Positions 44,286-53,862 of a stretch of DNA of 64,000 bases are shown here, piece by piece. Position 1 is the stretch's first letter, and each line of letters begins with the position of its first letter. The notes under the pieces were generated by a model that worked only from the letters and a program-made list of their open reading frames with translations, searched no databases and was not told where the DNA came from. The stretch is from Bacillota bacterium (GTDB lineage Bacteria; Bacillota; Negativicutes; Sporomusales; CTSoil-080). The translations under genes were made by a program, and so were the position numbers. The stretch lies in contig JAGGAC010000008.1 in NCBI GenBank assembly GCA_017889635.1, forward strand, positions 41,578 to 105,577. The letters run 5' to 3'.

Positions 44286-45620
44286 GTGAAATTACATGGT
44301 ACAATGAAAGTTAGCGATCAAGGACATTTGGAAATAGGCGGATGCGACACTGTAGCTTTAGCAAAAGAATTTGCTACTCCGCTTTATGTTATGGATGAAG
44401 AGAAAATACGCTCAAATTGCCAGGAGTATGTACAGGCCTTTAAAAAGTATTATCCGAATTCAGAAGTGATTTACGCCAGCAAGGTTTTTTCAACCTTGGC
44501 AATGTGTCGGTTGATTGCTGAGGAAGATATGGGCTTAGATGTTGTTTCAGGCGGAGAACTTTTTACTGCAATTAAAAGTGGATTTCCAGTTAGCCGAATA
44601 TACTTTCATGGCAATAATAAGTCGCCGGAAGAACTAGAAATGGCACTTGAGGCACAAGTGGGCCGGTTTGTTGTTGATAATTTTTATGAGCTAGGGCTAT
44701 TGAATGAACTGGCTAAGCATCGCAAGATAAAGGCCAAAATTTTACTAAGGGTCTCACCCGGTATTGACGCTCATACTCATCATTACATCAAAACAGGTAT
44801 GATTGACTCGAAGTTTGGTTTAGCAATTGCTAATGGGCAAGCTATGATGGGGATTGAGAAGGCATTGAGTATGAAAAATGTGGAACTAAAAGGTATTCAT
44901 TGCCATATTGGATCACAGATTTTTGATTTAAAATCATATCAGGAAGCTGCTCAGACCATGATGGGTTTTTTGAAAGAGGTAAAAGACAGCACCGGGTTTG
45001 TGGCGCAGGAATTGAACTTAGGCGGCGGGCTTGGAATTTATTATAGTGAAGGTGATACTCCTCAGTCTATTGCAGAAATGGTGATGACTATTTCTGATGC
45101 AATAAAGGCTTCTGCCTTGCTTCATAATTTATCTTTGCCTAAGATTATCGTCGAACCTGGGCGATCAATTGCCGGTGAGGCGGGAATTACGCTTTATACC
45201 ATAGGTTCGATTAAAGACATTCCCGATGTTCGTAAATATGTGGCTGTGGATGGAGGCATGACAGATAATATTCGTCCTGCCCTGTATCAGGCAAAATATG
45301 AAGCTGGTATAGCAAACAAAATGAGTGTCCCGGCTGAAGAAGTAGTGTCAATTGCAGGTAAGTGTTGTGAATCTGGCGATATGCTGGTTTGGGATGTGGA
45401 ACTTCCAAGAGTTGAAGCTGGTGATATTCTGGTGGTTTCTTCAACTGGTGCGTATAATTATTCGATGTCAAGCAACTACAACCGCAATGTTAAGCCAGCG
45501 GTGGTGTTTGTTAATAATGGAAAAGCCGATATAGTGGTTAAGCGGGAAACTTACGCTGATTTAATTCGTAATGATGTTGTTCCCAATAGAATGCAAGATA
45601 AAAAGGCCTGTCTGGCGTGA
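44286..45620 (+). CDS. lysA: Diaminopimelate decarboxylase
   Basis: GTG after AAAGGAGA. YASKVFS (PLP lysine), HCHIGSQ, EPGRSI and CESGD motifs. Confidence 0.93.
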   Translation: MKLHGTMKVSDQGHLEIGGCDTVALAKEFATPLYVMDEEKIRSNCQEYVQAFKKYYPNSEVIYASKVFSTLAMCRLIAEEDMGLDVVSGGELFTAIKSGFPVSRIYFHGNNKSPEELEMALEAQVGRFVVDNFYELGLLNELAKHRKIKAKILLRVSPGIDAHTHHYIKTGMIDSKFGLAIANGQAMMGIEKALSMKNVELKGIHCHIGSQIFDLKSYQEAAQTMMGFLKEVKDSTGFVAQELNLGGGLGIYYSEGDTPQSIAEMVMTISDAIKASALLHNLSLPKIIVEPGRSIAGEAGITLYTIGSIKDIPDVRKYVAVDGGMTDNIRPALYQAKYEAGIANKMSVPAEEVVSIAGKCCESGDMLVWDVELPRVEAGDILVVSSTGAYNYSMSSNYNRNVKPAVVFVNNGKADIVVKRETYADLIRNDVVPNRMQDKKACLA

Positions 45621-45644
45621 GCGATTTTTAGTCAGGGATATTCG

Positions 45645-45690
45645 GGCTTGTGCCAGTAAGGTCTGGTGCAAGCCGCTTTATTTTTATAGC
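45645..45690 (+). terminator. Hairpin terminator
   Basis: GGCTTGTGCCAG / CTGGTGCAAGCC (two G-U pairs) followed by a T-rich tail. Confidence 0.55.
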
Positions 45691-46000
45691 TAGGTGTGAC
45701 TTGGTTTTTACGCCAAGTCTTTATTATTTAGTTGGATGACATTTCTTTGTAAAATTTGGTTGAGTAAGGTTTTTTTGTTAAATATTGCTGGCTGATCTAA
45801 GCTGTGTTTTCGCATCAGATTTATGTTGTTTTTGCCGAAATACCGGTCGCAGTGCTTGCGCATCTCGTGATAATGTGCCAAAATAAAAAGGAGTGCCAAT
45901 ACACTCGGTTTATGGCGAGCTAGTGTCGCGTGAGGACGAGTTTTTTCTTTTATCGCTACTGTGTCTGCCAGTAATTCAGCTATTTAGAGGAGGATATATA

Positions 46001-46621
46001 GTGTTTGGTTTTAGTCCTGATGCGATATTTCAAATTCCAGCGTTATTAATTGCTTTAACTGTTCATGAATATGGTCATGCTAGGGTAGCAGTATCTTTAG
46101 GCGATCCTACACCTCGTGCTGCTGGTCGCCTTACCTTGAATCCTATTCCTCATCTTGACGCAATAGGTTTATTGATGCTTTGGCTTGCACATTTCGGCTG
46201 GGCTAAGCCGGTTCCAGTCAATCCTTATAATTTGCGTAATGGTAAACGTGGTATGATGTTGGTGTCTTTTGCCGGCCCTGGTTTTAACTTCATTACCGCT
46301 TTTATTTGTGCTGTGGGATATAGCTTTCTATCAAATATGCATATATTAACAATCGAAGTTGCAAAAGTTATCCAGTGGACATATATATTTAATTTAGCTC
46401 TGGCGGTATTCAATTTAATACCATTACCGCCGCTAGATGGATCAAAAATTGTAAGCGAATTTTTGCCTGTTAGACAGGCGAATGCTTATGAAAAGATTGC
46501 CACATATGGGCCAATTATTCTAATCGTTTTAGTATATATTGGGGTGGTAGGAGCTATAATTAATCCAATAATTGGGTGGCTTGATTATTTGATTAAGTTT
46601 GTTATATCTTTAATTTTATAG
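46001..46621 (+). CDS. Site-2 protease family (peptidase M50) membrane protein
   Basis: GTG after AGAGGAGG. HEYGHA and NLIPLPPLDGSK motifs. Confidence 0.78.
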   Translation: MFGFSPDAIFQIPALLIALTVHEYGHARVAVSLGDPTPRAAGRLTLNPIPHLDAIGLLMLWLAHFGWAKPVPVNPYNLRNGKRGMMLVSFAGPGFNFITAFICAVGYSFLSNMHILTIEVAKVIQWTYIFNLALAVFNLIPLPPLDGSKIVSEFLPVRQANAYEKIATYGPIILIVLVYIGVVGAIINPIIGWLDYLIKFVISLIL

Positions 46622-46642
46622 AGCAGGGAGAGTTGATTTTTA

Positions 46643-47629
46643 ATGAGTAAGGGTCGTATTTTTAGCGGTATGCAGCCATCCGGTAAATTTCATCTGGGAA
46701 ATTATTTGGGGGCACTGGAAACCTGGGTTAAACTTCAGAATGAGTATGACTGCTTTTTTTCTATTGTTGACTGGCACGCATTGACTTCGGCTTATGAGGA
46801 TACCAGTAAAATATCGGATAATATATACGAAATGGCTTTAGACTGGCTGAGTGCTGGACTTGATCCTGAGAAGAATGTAATTTTTGTGCAGTCGCAGGTT
46901 AAAGAACACGCCGAACTGCATCTTTTATTGTCGATGATTACCCCGTTATCATGGTTGGAGAGAGTGCCAACTTATAAGGATAAGTTGCAACAATTAGGCG
47001 CGATGGGTAAGGAGATCAATACATACGGATTTTTGGGGTATCCTGAGCTTATGACTGCCGATATTATTCTCTATAAGGCTGATACTGTACCAGTTGGCGA
47101 AGATCAGATACCACATCTTGAGTTAGCCAGGGAAATTACGCGGCGTTTTAATAACCTCTATCGACCAGTATTTCCAGAACCACAGGCTTCGCTCAGCCAA
47201 GCGGCTGTTTTGCCAGGAATTGACGGTCGCAAAATGAGTAAGTCTTATGGCAATGAAATCCCTTATGCTGCACCACCTGACGAGCTAAGAGCCAGGGTTC
47301 GTTTGATGGTAACTGATCCGCAGCGTGTAAGAAAAACTGATCCAGGCAATCCTGACGTTTGTACTGTTTATACTTTTCATAAAATCTTTAATAAAGAGGA
47401 AACTACCGACATTGAGACCAATTGCCGCCATGCGGGAATCGGTTGTGTTGACTGTAAAAAGAAATTGGCAGAAAATATGGTTGTTGCACTGGCTGATATA
47501 TATACCAGACGTATAGAGCTTGAGGCTAATCCAAAGCGAGTTAGGGAAATATTGGCTGCAGGTGCTGAAAGGGCCCGTAAAGTGGCGGCAGTTACGATGG
47601 AAGAAGTTCGCAGCGCTATGAATATTTGA
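46643..47629 (+). CDS. trpS: Tryptophan--tRNA ligase
   Basis: GMQPSGKFHLGNYLG (HIGH region) and KMSKS. Confidence 0.95.
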   Translation: MSKGRIFSGMQPSGKFHLGNYLGALETWVKLQNEYDCFFSIVDWHALTSAYEDTSKISDNIYEMALDWLSAGLDPEKNVIFVQSQVKEHAELHLLLSMITPLSWLERVPTYKDKLQQLGAMGKEINTYGFLGYPELMTADIILYKADTVPVGEDQIPHLELAREITRRFNNLYRPVFPEPQASLSQAAVLPGIDGRKMSKSYGNEIPYAAPPDELRARVRLMVTDPQRVRKTDPGNPDVCTVYTFHKIFNKEETTDIETNCRHAGIGCVDCKKKLAENMVVALADIYTRRIELEANPKRVREILAAGAERARKVAAVTMEEVRSAMNI

Positions 47630-47633
47630 AGTT

Positions 47634-48353
47634 ATGACAGAATGTAAAATCAAGTTGCAAAGCTTTGAGGGACCGCTGGCATTATTAATTCATCTGATCG
47701 AAAAAAATCAGTTAGACATTTATGATATTCCGATAGCTGAAGTAACTGAACAGTATTTGGCCTATCTTCAGGCTATGGAACAATTTAATATCGATATTGC
47801 CAGTGAATTTCTGGTAATGGCTGCAACGCTGCTCCAGATCAAGTCAAGAATGCTTTTGCCAAAACCGCCACCGTCGGATGATCTTATTATAGATGATGAT
47901 GACCCTAGGCAAGAGCTTGTTGACAGGCTGCTCGAATATCGGCGTTACAAGCAGGCGGCTACACTTTTAGAAGATATGCATGAAAAAAGGGGAAAAATGT
48001 TTTTCCGGCCTTTGCAGGATTATGGCACAAAAATTGTTTTGCCTGAAGGTCTTAAACTTGATGATCTTATTACTGCTTTTGCTGCGGTTTGGGAAAGTGT
48101 CGCAGCTGATTTTGCTTTTATATCAAGAGAAGAAATCAGTGTTCAGGATAAAATGCAGGATATCATTTATCTTTTGCGGAAAAATGATGGACGCTTGGAG
48201 TTCAGCCAGTCTTTTATTCGAAGCGGATCACGCACCGAAATGGTGACCGCTTTCATGGCGCTGTTAGAACTTATTAGGTTGAAACGGATTAATATTTGTC
48301 AGGAATACAGCTTTGGCCCGATTTATCTTACGTGGGGAGAGGTAGTCGAGTGA
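47634..48353 (+). CDS. scpA: Segregation and condensation protein A
   Basis: FEGPLALLIHLIEKNQLDIYDIPIAEVTEQYL N-terminus typical of ScpA. Confidence 0.9.
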   Translation: MTECKIKLQSFEGPLALLIHLIEKNQLDIYDIPIAEVTEQYLAYLQAMEQFNIDIASEFLVMAATLLQIKSRMLLPKPPPSDDLIIDDDDPRQELVDRLLEYRRYKQAATLLEDMHEKRGKMFFRPLQDYGTKIVLPEGLKLDDLITAFAAVWESVAADFAFISREEISVQDKMQDIIYLLRKNDGRLEFSQSFIRSGSRTEMVTAFMALLELIRLKRINICQEYSFGPIYLTWGEVVE

Positions 48354-48883
48354 TGTTTTATCGCCATTTGAAAGGTCATATTGAGGCGCTCTTATTTGCT
48401 CATGGCGATCCAATATCGGCTGACAAATTTGCTGTGATGCTGGAGATTGACAGGGAAAACGTTGTTCAATTGGTGGAAGAGTTAAAGCTGGATATGGTTG
48501 GTGATCAGCGTGGACTCAAGATTACCGAAGTTGCTGGTGGCTATCAGCTTTGTACAAAACCTGAACTGGCACCAGTTTTGGACAAATTAGTGCATATACA
48601 GGAAGCGAAACTGTCAATGGCGGCAATGGAAACACTTTCAATAGTAGCATTTAAACAGCCGGTTACTAGGCAGGAAATCGAGAATATTCGTGGCGTCAAA
48701 GTCGATGGAGTGGTAAGTACTCTTTTGGAGCGAGGCTTGATAAAAGAGGTAGGTCGTAAAGATGCTATTGGCCGACCAATTTTGTTTGGTACTACTGACG
48801 AATTTCTGAAATGTTTTGGCTTGAAAACTCTCGCTGAGCTACCTAAGTTGGCAGAACTTATCGAACCTGAAGCGGAAGAATGA
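48353..48883 (+). CDS. scpB: Segregation and condensation protein B
   Basis: ATG overlaps the scpA stop (TGATG). IEALLFAHGDPIS and a winged-helix repeat. Confidence 0.9.
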   Translation: MFYRHLKGHIEALLFAHGDPISADKFAVMLEIDRENVVQLVEELKLDMVGDQRGLKITEVAGGYQLCTKPELAPVLDKLVHIQEAKLSMAAMETLSIVAFKQPVTRQEIENIRGVKVDGVVSTLLERGLIKEVGRKDAIGRPILFGTTDEFLKCFGLKTLAELPKLAELIEPEAEE

Positions 48884-48916
48884 TCTGCATCATATTATAT
48901 TGGTAAATAAGTGCAT

Positions 48917-48948
48917 AAAATGGAGGGCGAATGTCGCCCTCCATTTTT
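48917..48948. terminator. Bidirectional terminator between convergent genes
   Basis: AAAATGGAGGGCGA atg TCGCCCTCCATTTT. Confidence 0.7.
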
Positions 48949-50836
48949 AATGTGCAGGTATAGAATTTGTTGAGCTCTTTAAATCATTTGTGTTTGCAAT
49001 ATTTGCTTTTGCGGCTTCTTCTTCAACCATCTGATCAGCAGCATCTTGGTGTGGCGGAATATTGAAGGCGGCCTCTAAGATTTTTCTGGCAATCGGCGCC
49101 GCCGAATCGGAACCGAAGCCCCCTTGTTCAACTAAAACCGCTACAACTACTGTTGGATTGTCAAATGGGGCATAGGCCACAAACCAACCATGATCATCTC
49201 CATGTGGATTTTCCGCCGTGCCTGTCTTACCAGCAATCGAAATTGGGAAACCGTCAAATACATATGCGGCCGTGCCTCCTGGTAGGGCAACATCATGCAA
49301 GGCGCCACGGATTAAGTTTAGATTGCGTTCTGAGATGTGGACTTGACCAACTTCCTCAGGGTCAAAGGTTTTAACGACAAATCCATCAGGAGCAAGTTCT
49401 TTACTTACTAGATATGGTTTATAGCGATGGCCGCCGTTGGCGATTTGTCCCATAACCGTAGCCATCTGTAATGGTGTTGCAAGCTGAAATCCCTGACCAA
49501 TGGCGGCGTCAAATGTTTCTGATAAATACCAGTCTTCGCCATACACTTTTTCTTTATAGCGTCTATTGGCAACCAGCCCGTCCGCCTCTCCCGGTAAATC
49601 TATGCCTGTAACTGCTCCAAGTCCGAACATCCGAGCGTATTTTTCTAAGTTATCAATACCAAGACGGTTGCCCATTTCATAAAAATACACGTTATCGGAT
49701 TTTGATAATGCTGTGCTAAAATTAATCCAGCCCAAGGCTTCACCTGCAGCGTTGGTTTTAGGAATTAGCCAGTGATATCCAATATCAAGGATTTTTTCCT
49801 CGGGGGTTACTTTTCCTAATTCTAATGCTGCTGTACCTGTAACGATTTTAAATGTTGAACCAGGTGGGTATTCACCGGAGATTGCTCGGTTTTGCATGGG
49901 GTTGAACGGATTATCATTGATTTCCTTCCAGTTTTTTGCTGAAATTCCTCCATTAAACATGTTTGGATTAAACGTTGGTCGGCTGACCATGGCTAAAATC
50001 TCACCGGTATTCGGATTCATAACAACAGCGGCCGCAGCCTTGGCATTTGGATTACCCAGCCTAGTTTGTAGATATCTTAGGCGATTATCAATTGCTTCCT
50101 CGGCAGCTTTTTGAATCTTGGCATCGATGGTGAGGACAAGACTATTGCCAAGAATTGGATCCTTTTTATCAAGCATTCGGACTGGACGACCAGTGACATC
50201 GACTTCCACCTGGCTGCCTCCGTCGACGCCGCGGATATCTTGGTCAAATACTTGCTCCAGGCCGAATTTACCAACTATATCACCTGATTTATACCCTAAC
50301 GGTTTTTTCTTTTCTAGTTCAGCGTCGCTGATTTCGCTGACATAGCCAAAGATATGAGCTCCCAACGCTTTATTGATATAGTTTCGCACCGATTGGATTT
50401 CAATAATTACACCCGGAAGTTCATCTTGGTGTTCTCTTATTTTTGTTATAATGTCTGGCCCGATATCATTCTTAATTCTCATCGGTTCAAGTGGGTTATC
50501 AAGTTTAGCTACCTTCTGGCGGATATCCTCGGGTTTCATTTGCAGAAAACTGGCAAGTTTGATAATGACATCGTCACGTATCGGACCATCAATAGGTACT
50601 AAGGATACAGTGAAGCCGGGCCGATTGGATACAAGAGGTACACCGCTCCGGTCATAGAATAGACCACGGGGGGCCATAATCGGCATAAGTTTAATCCGGT
50701 TGTTATCAGCCAGACGCTTATAGTCCTGACCGTAGGCAATCTGCAAAAAAGCTAAGCGAATTGTAAGTAAAGTAACAATGAATATGACAATATACCCTAA
50801 TATTGCTATACGTTGATTTTGATCTCTGTCGGTCAT
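48947..50836 (-). CDS. mrdA: Penicillin-binding protein 2 class transpeptidase
   Basis: N-terminal TM segment. STFK (SxxK), SDN and KTGTA motifs. ATG 8 nt after AGGA. Confidence 0.85.
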   Translation of the reverse strand: MTDRDQNQRIAILGYIVIFIVTLLTIRLAFLQIAYGQDYKRLADNNRIKLMPIMAPRGLFYDRSGVPLVSNRPGFTVSLVPIDGPIRDDVIIKLASFLQMKPEDIRQKVAKLDNPLEPMRIKNDIGPDIITKIREHQDELPGVIIEIQSVRNYINKALGAHIFGYVSEISDAELEKKKPLGYKSGDIVGKFGLEQVFDQDIRGVDGGSQVEVDVTGRPVRMLDKKDPILGNSLVLTIDAKIQKAAEEAIDNRLRYLQTRLGNPNAKAAAAVVMNPNTGEILAMVSRPTFNPNMFNGGISAKNWKEINDNPFNPMQNRAISGEYPPGSTFKIVTGTAALELGKVTPEEKILDIGYHWLIPKTNAAGEALGWINFSTALSKSDNVYFYEMGNRLGIDNLEKYARMFGLGAVTGIDLPGEADGLVANRRYKEKVYGEDWYLSETFDAAIGQGFQLATPLQMATVMGQIANGGHRYKPYLVSKELAPDGFVVKTFDPEEVGQVHISERNLNLIRGALHDVALPGGTAAYVFDGFPISIAGKTGTAENPHGDDHGWFVAYAPFDNPTVVVAVLVEQGGFGSDSAAPIARKILEAAFNIPPHQDAADQMVEEEAAKANIANTNDLKSSTNSIPAH

Positions 50837-51049
50837 GAAATGCATCCTTTCGTTTTTGGTCTAAACACTAGTACGGCAAAAAAAATAAAGCTTAACAAAT
50901 TTCGAAAGTGATAACAAAAATAAAGATCAGTATGACTGATGAAGGAGAGTATTTTGAGCAGATAATTTAAGAATTATTTATCAAAAATGTTGTTCGACAT
51001 AACCTGGAGTTATTCCTCTCGGTAAGTTTTTCTACTATGGGCGATAATT

Positions 51050-51081
51050 TGAATGATAAAAGTTGTTTAACGCCACAATAG
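51050..51081 (+). promoter_or_regulatory. Forespore (sigma-F/G type) promoter candidate for ytfI-ytfJ
   Basis: TGAATGA-N18-ACAATAG, identical in both half-sites and spacing to 39429..39460. Confidence 0.45.
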
Positions 51082-51112
51082 TATTACTGACGTATTAGGG
51101 GGCGGGGCTAGG

Positions 51113-51832
51113 ATGGATATTTGGCTTGCTGCTGTGATAGCAATGGTGGTATTCACCTTTGCCGTTTATCGCATTAAAATTTATATTGAACTAGTATATA
51201 CTCGTCAGGATGCGGATGATCAGCTCTTAGTTAGGGTTTGGTTACTTTACCACTTGATTGAATATCAGATGGAAGTACCTATGCTGGAACTTTATGATAT
51301 GAGTAGCATACTTTTGACTAAGTCTGAAATTGAGGTTTCAGATTCTAAAATATCTACCATTACAAGGCGGGAAAAAAGATTTCTTGGCAAGGTATGGGGA
51401 ATATTCCTTCATCGTCCAAGAAAATGGCATGCAATGTTGCGGCAATTTAGTTACTATTCTAAACTTTACGCAAAAATGATGAACAGATTAATGGGAGAGA
51501 TTAGCTGCGAAAGAATAGTGGGGAAGACTCGGGTTGGAGTCGGAGATCCTGCCTTAACTAGCCTGGTAGTTGGCCTGATGTGGGCGGCTATAGGCCATAT
51601 TTATTTATTGATGCATCAGCGGCTTAAGGATACCGCTAAGCCGTCTTTTCATATAACGCCTGATTTTAGGAACTTGAGTGTTGATGTAAAATACCAATGT
51701 ATAATCAGTGTCAGAGTGGGTAATGTTATAAACGCGATATTGACCTTCGTTAATTTTCCACTGAAGGAGGCAACTGATAGTGGCCGAACATCCTATACAG
51801 AGTTTGATGAAAACGGCAATGGAAAGCATTAA
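51113..51832 (+). CDS. ytfI: YtfI-like sporulation protein (DUF2953)
   Basis: N-terminal TM segment followed by IKIYIELVY..., and the position upstream of ytfJ. Confidence 0.65.
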   Translation: MDIWLAAVIAMVVFTFAVYRIKIYIELVYTRQDADDQLLVRVWLLYHLIEYQMEVPMLELYDMSSILLTKSEIEVSDSKISTITRREKRFLGKVWGIFLHRPRKWHAMLRQFSYYSKLYAKMMNRLMGEISCERIVGKTRVGVGDPALTSLVVGLMWAAIGHIYLLMHQRLKDTAKPSFHITPDFRNLSVDVKYQCIISVRVGNVINAILTFVNFPLKEATDSGRTSYTEFDENGNGKH

Positions 51833-52226
51833 AGGAATGGTTGACGTTAACACAATTGTGGGTGATGCTGTAGAAACATCAGATGGAACGGTAATTATTC
51901 CTATTTCACGGGTTACGTTTGGTTTTGCTGCCGGAGGCGGTGATTTTGAGTTTGAAGAAGCTGAGCAAAAGGATAGTGGGCATCCTTTTGGTGGCGGTAG
52001 CGGGGCTGGAGTTAGTGTTAAGCCAGCGGGCTTTTTAGTTTGTTCACCCAGTAGTGGTATACGGTTTATGCCAGTAGAAGGAAATGTTCTTTACGATCGG
52101 ATTATTGATATGGTTCCACAGGTTTTAAACAAGATACAAGAGATTGCAGGACAGTTTGTTTATAATGATGAAAGTCGGGACGAAGTGCATAAGGATGTTA
52201 TTCTAGATACGGAGCACTCAGAGTAA
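51780..52226 (+). CDS. ytfJ: Sporulation protein YtfJ (GerW)
   Basis: GTG 9 nt after AGGAGG. PIQSLMKTAMESIKGMVDVNTIVGD..IIPISRVTFGFAAGGG. Confidence 0.85.
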   Translation: MAEHPIQSLMKTAMESIKGMVDVNTIVGDAVETSDGTVIIPISRVTFGFAAGGGDFEFEEAEQKDSGHPFGGGSGAGVSVKPAGFLVCSPSSGIRFMPVEGNVLYDRIIDMVPQVLNKIQEIAGQFVYNDESRDEVHKDVILDTEHSE

Positions 52227-52268
52227 TAGACAAAAACCGCACCAAGGTGGTGGTGCGGTTTTTGTCTA
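52227..52268. terminator. Bidirectional terminator
   Basis: TAGACAAAAACCGCACC ... GGTGCGGTTTTTGTCTA. Confidence 0.75.
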
Positions 52269-52286
52269 TTTTGAAGGTTTAATAAT

Positions 52287-52475
52287 TTACTGTAAGTCTT
52301 CTAACTTTTCTTTAATCTTAGTAGCGTGAAGTGCTTCGGCTTCAGCAAAGTGCCGATACATTTTGGCAACATCCTGATCCGGAAGTTGCTCGGCAAATGT
52401 CTGATAATCTCTTACTAGTTCCTGTTTTTGGGTAAGTGTACTCTGCAAAGTTGCTTTTAGGTCAAGTAATCCCAT
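52287..52475 (-). CDS. Small helical protein (62 aa), possibly forespore-expressed
   Basis: ATG 5 nt after AGGAGGTGA. A sigma-F-like promoter lies upstream. No confident family. Confidence 0.5.
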   Translation of the reverse strand: MGLLDLKATLQSTLTQKQELVRDYQTFAEQLPDQDVAKMYRHFAEAEALHATKIKEKLEDLQ

Positions 52476-52500
52476 AATTTTCACCTCCTTAGCCTGGATA

Positions 52501-52531
52501 TATTATTTCCTGAGGTGTTATAATCATATAC
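52501..52531 (-). promoter_or_regulatory. Sigma-F/G type promoter candidate
   Basis: Minus strand GTATA-N16-GGAAATAATA. The -10 fits GGnnAnAHTA exactly. Confidence 0.4.
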
Positions 52532-52536
52532 AGGTT

Positions 52537-52565
52537 TTGACGTTTGAAAAAAATATCAGTATAAT
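52537..52565 (+). promoter_or_regulatory. Sigma-A type promoter for dacB-spmAB
   Basis: TTGACG, 17 nt, TATAAT. Confidence 0.55.
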
Positions 52566-52604
52566 GTAAACTAACTCTGTAAACTATTTTAGAAAGGGAT
52601 ATTA

Positions 52605-53744
52605 ATGCTTAAGCGAACAGTTATTATAGTGTTAGCATCTTTTTGTATCTTTTCACCAGCGGCATTGGCGGCCGAGGAACTGCAAGTGACAGCAAAATCA
52701 GCCATAGTAATCGAAGCATCTACTGGAAAAGTTTTGTATGCTAAAAATGTCAATGAGAGAATGTATCCGGCTAGCACGACAAAAATGATGACATTGATTG
52801 TTGCACTTGAGAAGGGAAAATTAGATGAATTAGTCAAAACCAGCCGTAATGCCTCAGAAACAGAAGGGTCGTCGCTTGAACTGGCTGACGGCGAATCAAT
52901 GAGATTACTTGACTTATTATATGGGATGATGCTTATTTCTGGTAATGATGCAACGGTTGCAGTAGCTGAGCATATCGGTGGTTCGGTAGAAAATTTTGCA
53001 AAAATGATGACCGATACAGCTCATGCTATCGGAGCTGTAAATACGAACTTTGCTAATTCTAGCGGTCTTCCCAACCCTAATCATTATACTACTGCTGCTG
53101 ATTTAGCAAAAATTGCCGCTTATGGTTATAAAAATCCGATTTTTGCACGTATTGTTGCTACAGAGCATATTATTATTCCCTGGCCAGGTAAAGATCATGA
53201 TCGGGATTTATATAACGAGAATAAAATGTTAAGGCTTTATAAAGGCGGTAATGGAGTAAAAACTGGTTATACAGATGCCGCCGGGCCATGTCTAGTTTCC
53301 GGAGCAAAACAGAACGATATACAGTTGGTAGCTGTTGTATTAGATAGTGAGCGTATGTGGGATGATTCGATTAAGCTATTGGATTATGGTTTCAGTCAGT
53401 TAAAACCGATGGTGCTTATAAATGAGGGTGATATATTTAAGACCGTGAGAGTGAATGCCGGTAAAACTGATAATGTCCGTTTGGTAGCTAAGGATAAGGT
53501 TGTTATTCCCGTGTCTAATGGTGATGCAGATAAATTTTCCACGGTTATTGAGGCTCCTCAGGGAATAAATGCTCCGGTAGCAAAAGGGGCTCAGGTTGGT
53601 ACTGTAAAGGTGCTCTATAATAACACTGAAGTAGCGTCTGTTGCATTAGTTGCTGATAACTCGATTGAGAGGAAATCATTTTTTGGTAAGGTATGGGGAG
53701 CTGTGCAGAGCTTTTTCTCGTATATCGTTAAAAATATTGCCTAA
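52605..53744 (+). CDS. dacB: D-alanyl-D-alanine carboxypeptidase (PBP5* type), in the dacB position upstream of spmAB
   Basis: STTK (SxxK), SGND (SxN) and KTGYT (KTG) motifs. Synteny with spmA and spmB. Confidence 0.85.
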   Translation: MLKRTVIIVLASFCIFSPAALAAEELQVTAKSAIVIEASTGKVLYAKNVNERMYPASTTKMMTLIVALEKGKLDELVKTSRNASETEGSSLELADGESMRLLDLLYGMMLISGNDATVAVAEHIGGSVENFAKMMTDTAHAIGAVNTNFANSSGLPNPNHYTTAADLAKIAAYGYKNPIFARIVATEHIIIPWPGKDHDRDLYNENKMLRLYKGGNGVKTGYTDAAGPCLVSGAKQNDIQLVAVVLDSERMWDDSIKLLDYGFSQLKPMVLINEGDIFKTVRVNAGKTDNVRLVAKDKVVIPVSNGDADKFSTVIEAPQGINAPVAKGAQVGTVKVLYNNTEVASVALVADNSIERKSFFGKVWGAVQSFFSYIVKNIA

Positions 53745-53785
53745 AATATAAACGCACCGCCAAAGCGGTGCGTTTATATTTTAGG
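53740..53785 (+). terminator. Hairpin with a 21-bp perfect stem overlapping the stop codon
   Basis: CCTAAAATATAAACGCACCGC caaa GCGGTGCGTTTATATTTTAGG. Confidence 0.7.
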
Positions 53786-53862
53786 CAGGTGTTCATTGCG
53801 ATTCTTATGTTCTAGTGACAATATAATTATCATACTTTCTCATAAGGAGGGGAGGAGGGAAT

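Noticed and set aside
45708-45899. A 63-aa minus-strand ORF between lysA and the M50 gene.
   Set aside because: There is no RBS at the proposed TTG start or at the internal ATG, and it overlaps the upstream extension of the ORF-track M50 reading frame (45893..46621). I see no recognisable domain. I cannot fully exclude it.
46622-46642. A possible T-box leader upstream of trpS.
   Set aside because: Only 21 nt separate trpS from the preceding M50 gene, which leaves no room for a T-box. trpS is apparently co-transcribed.
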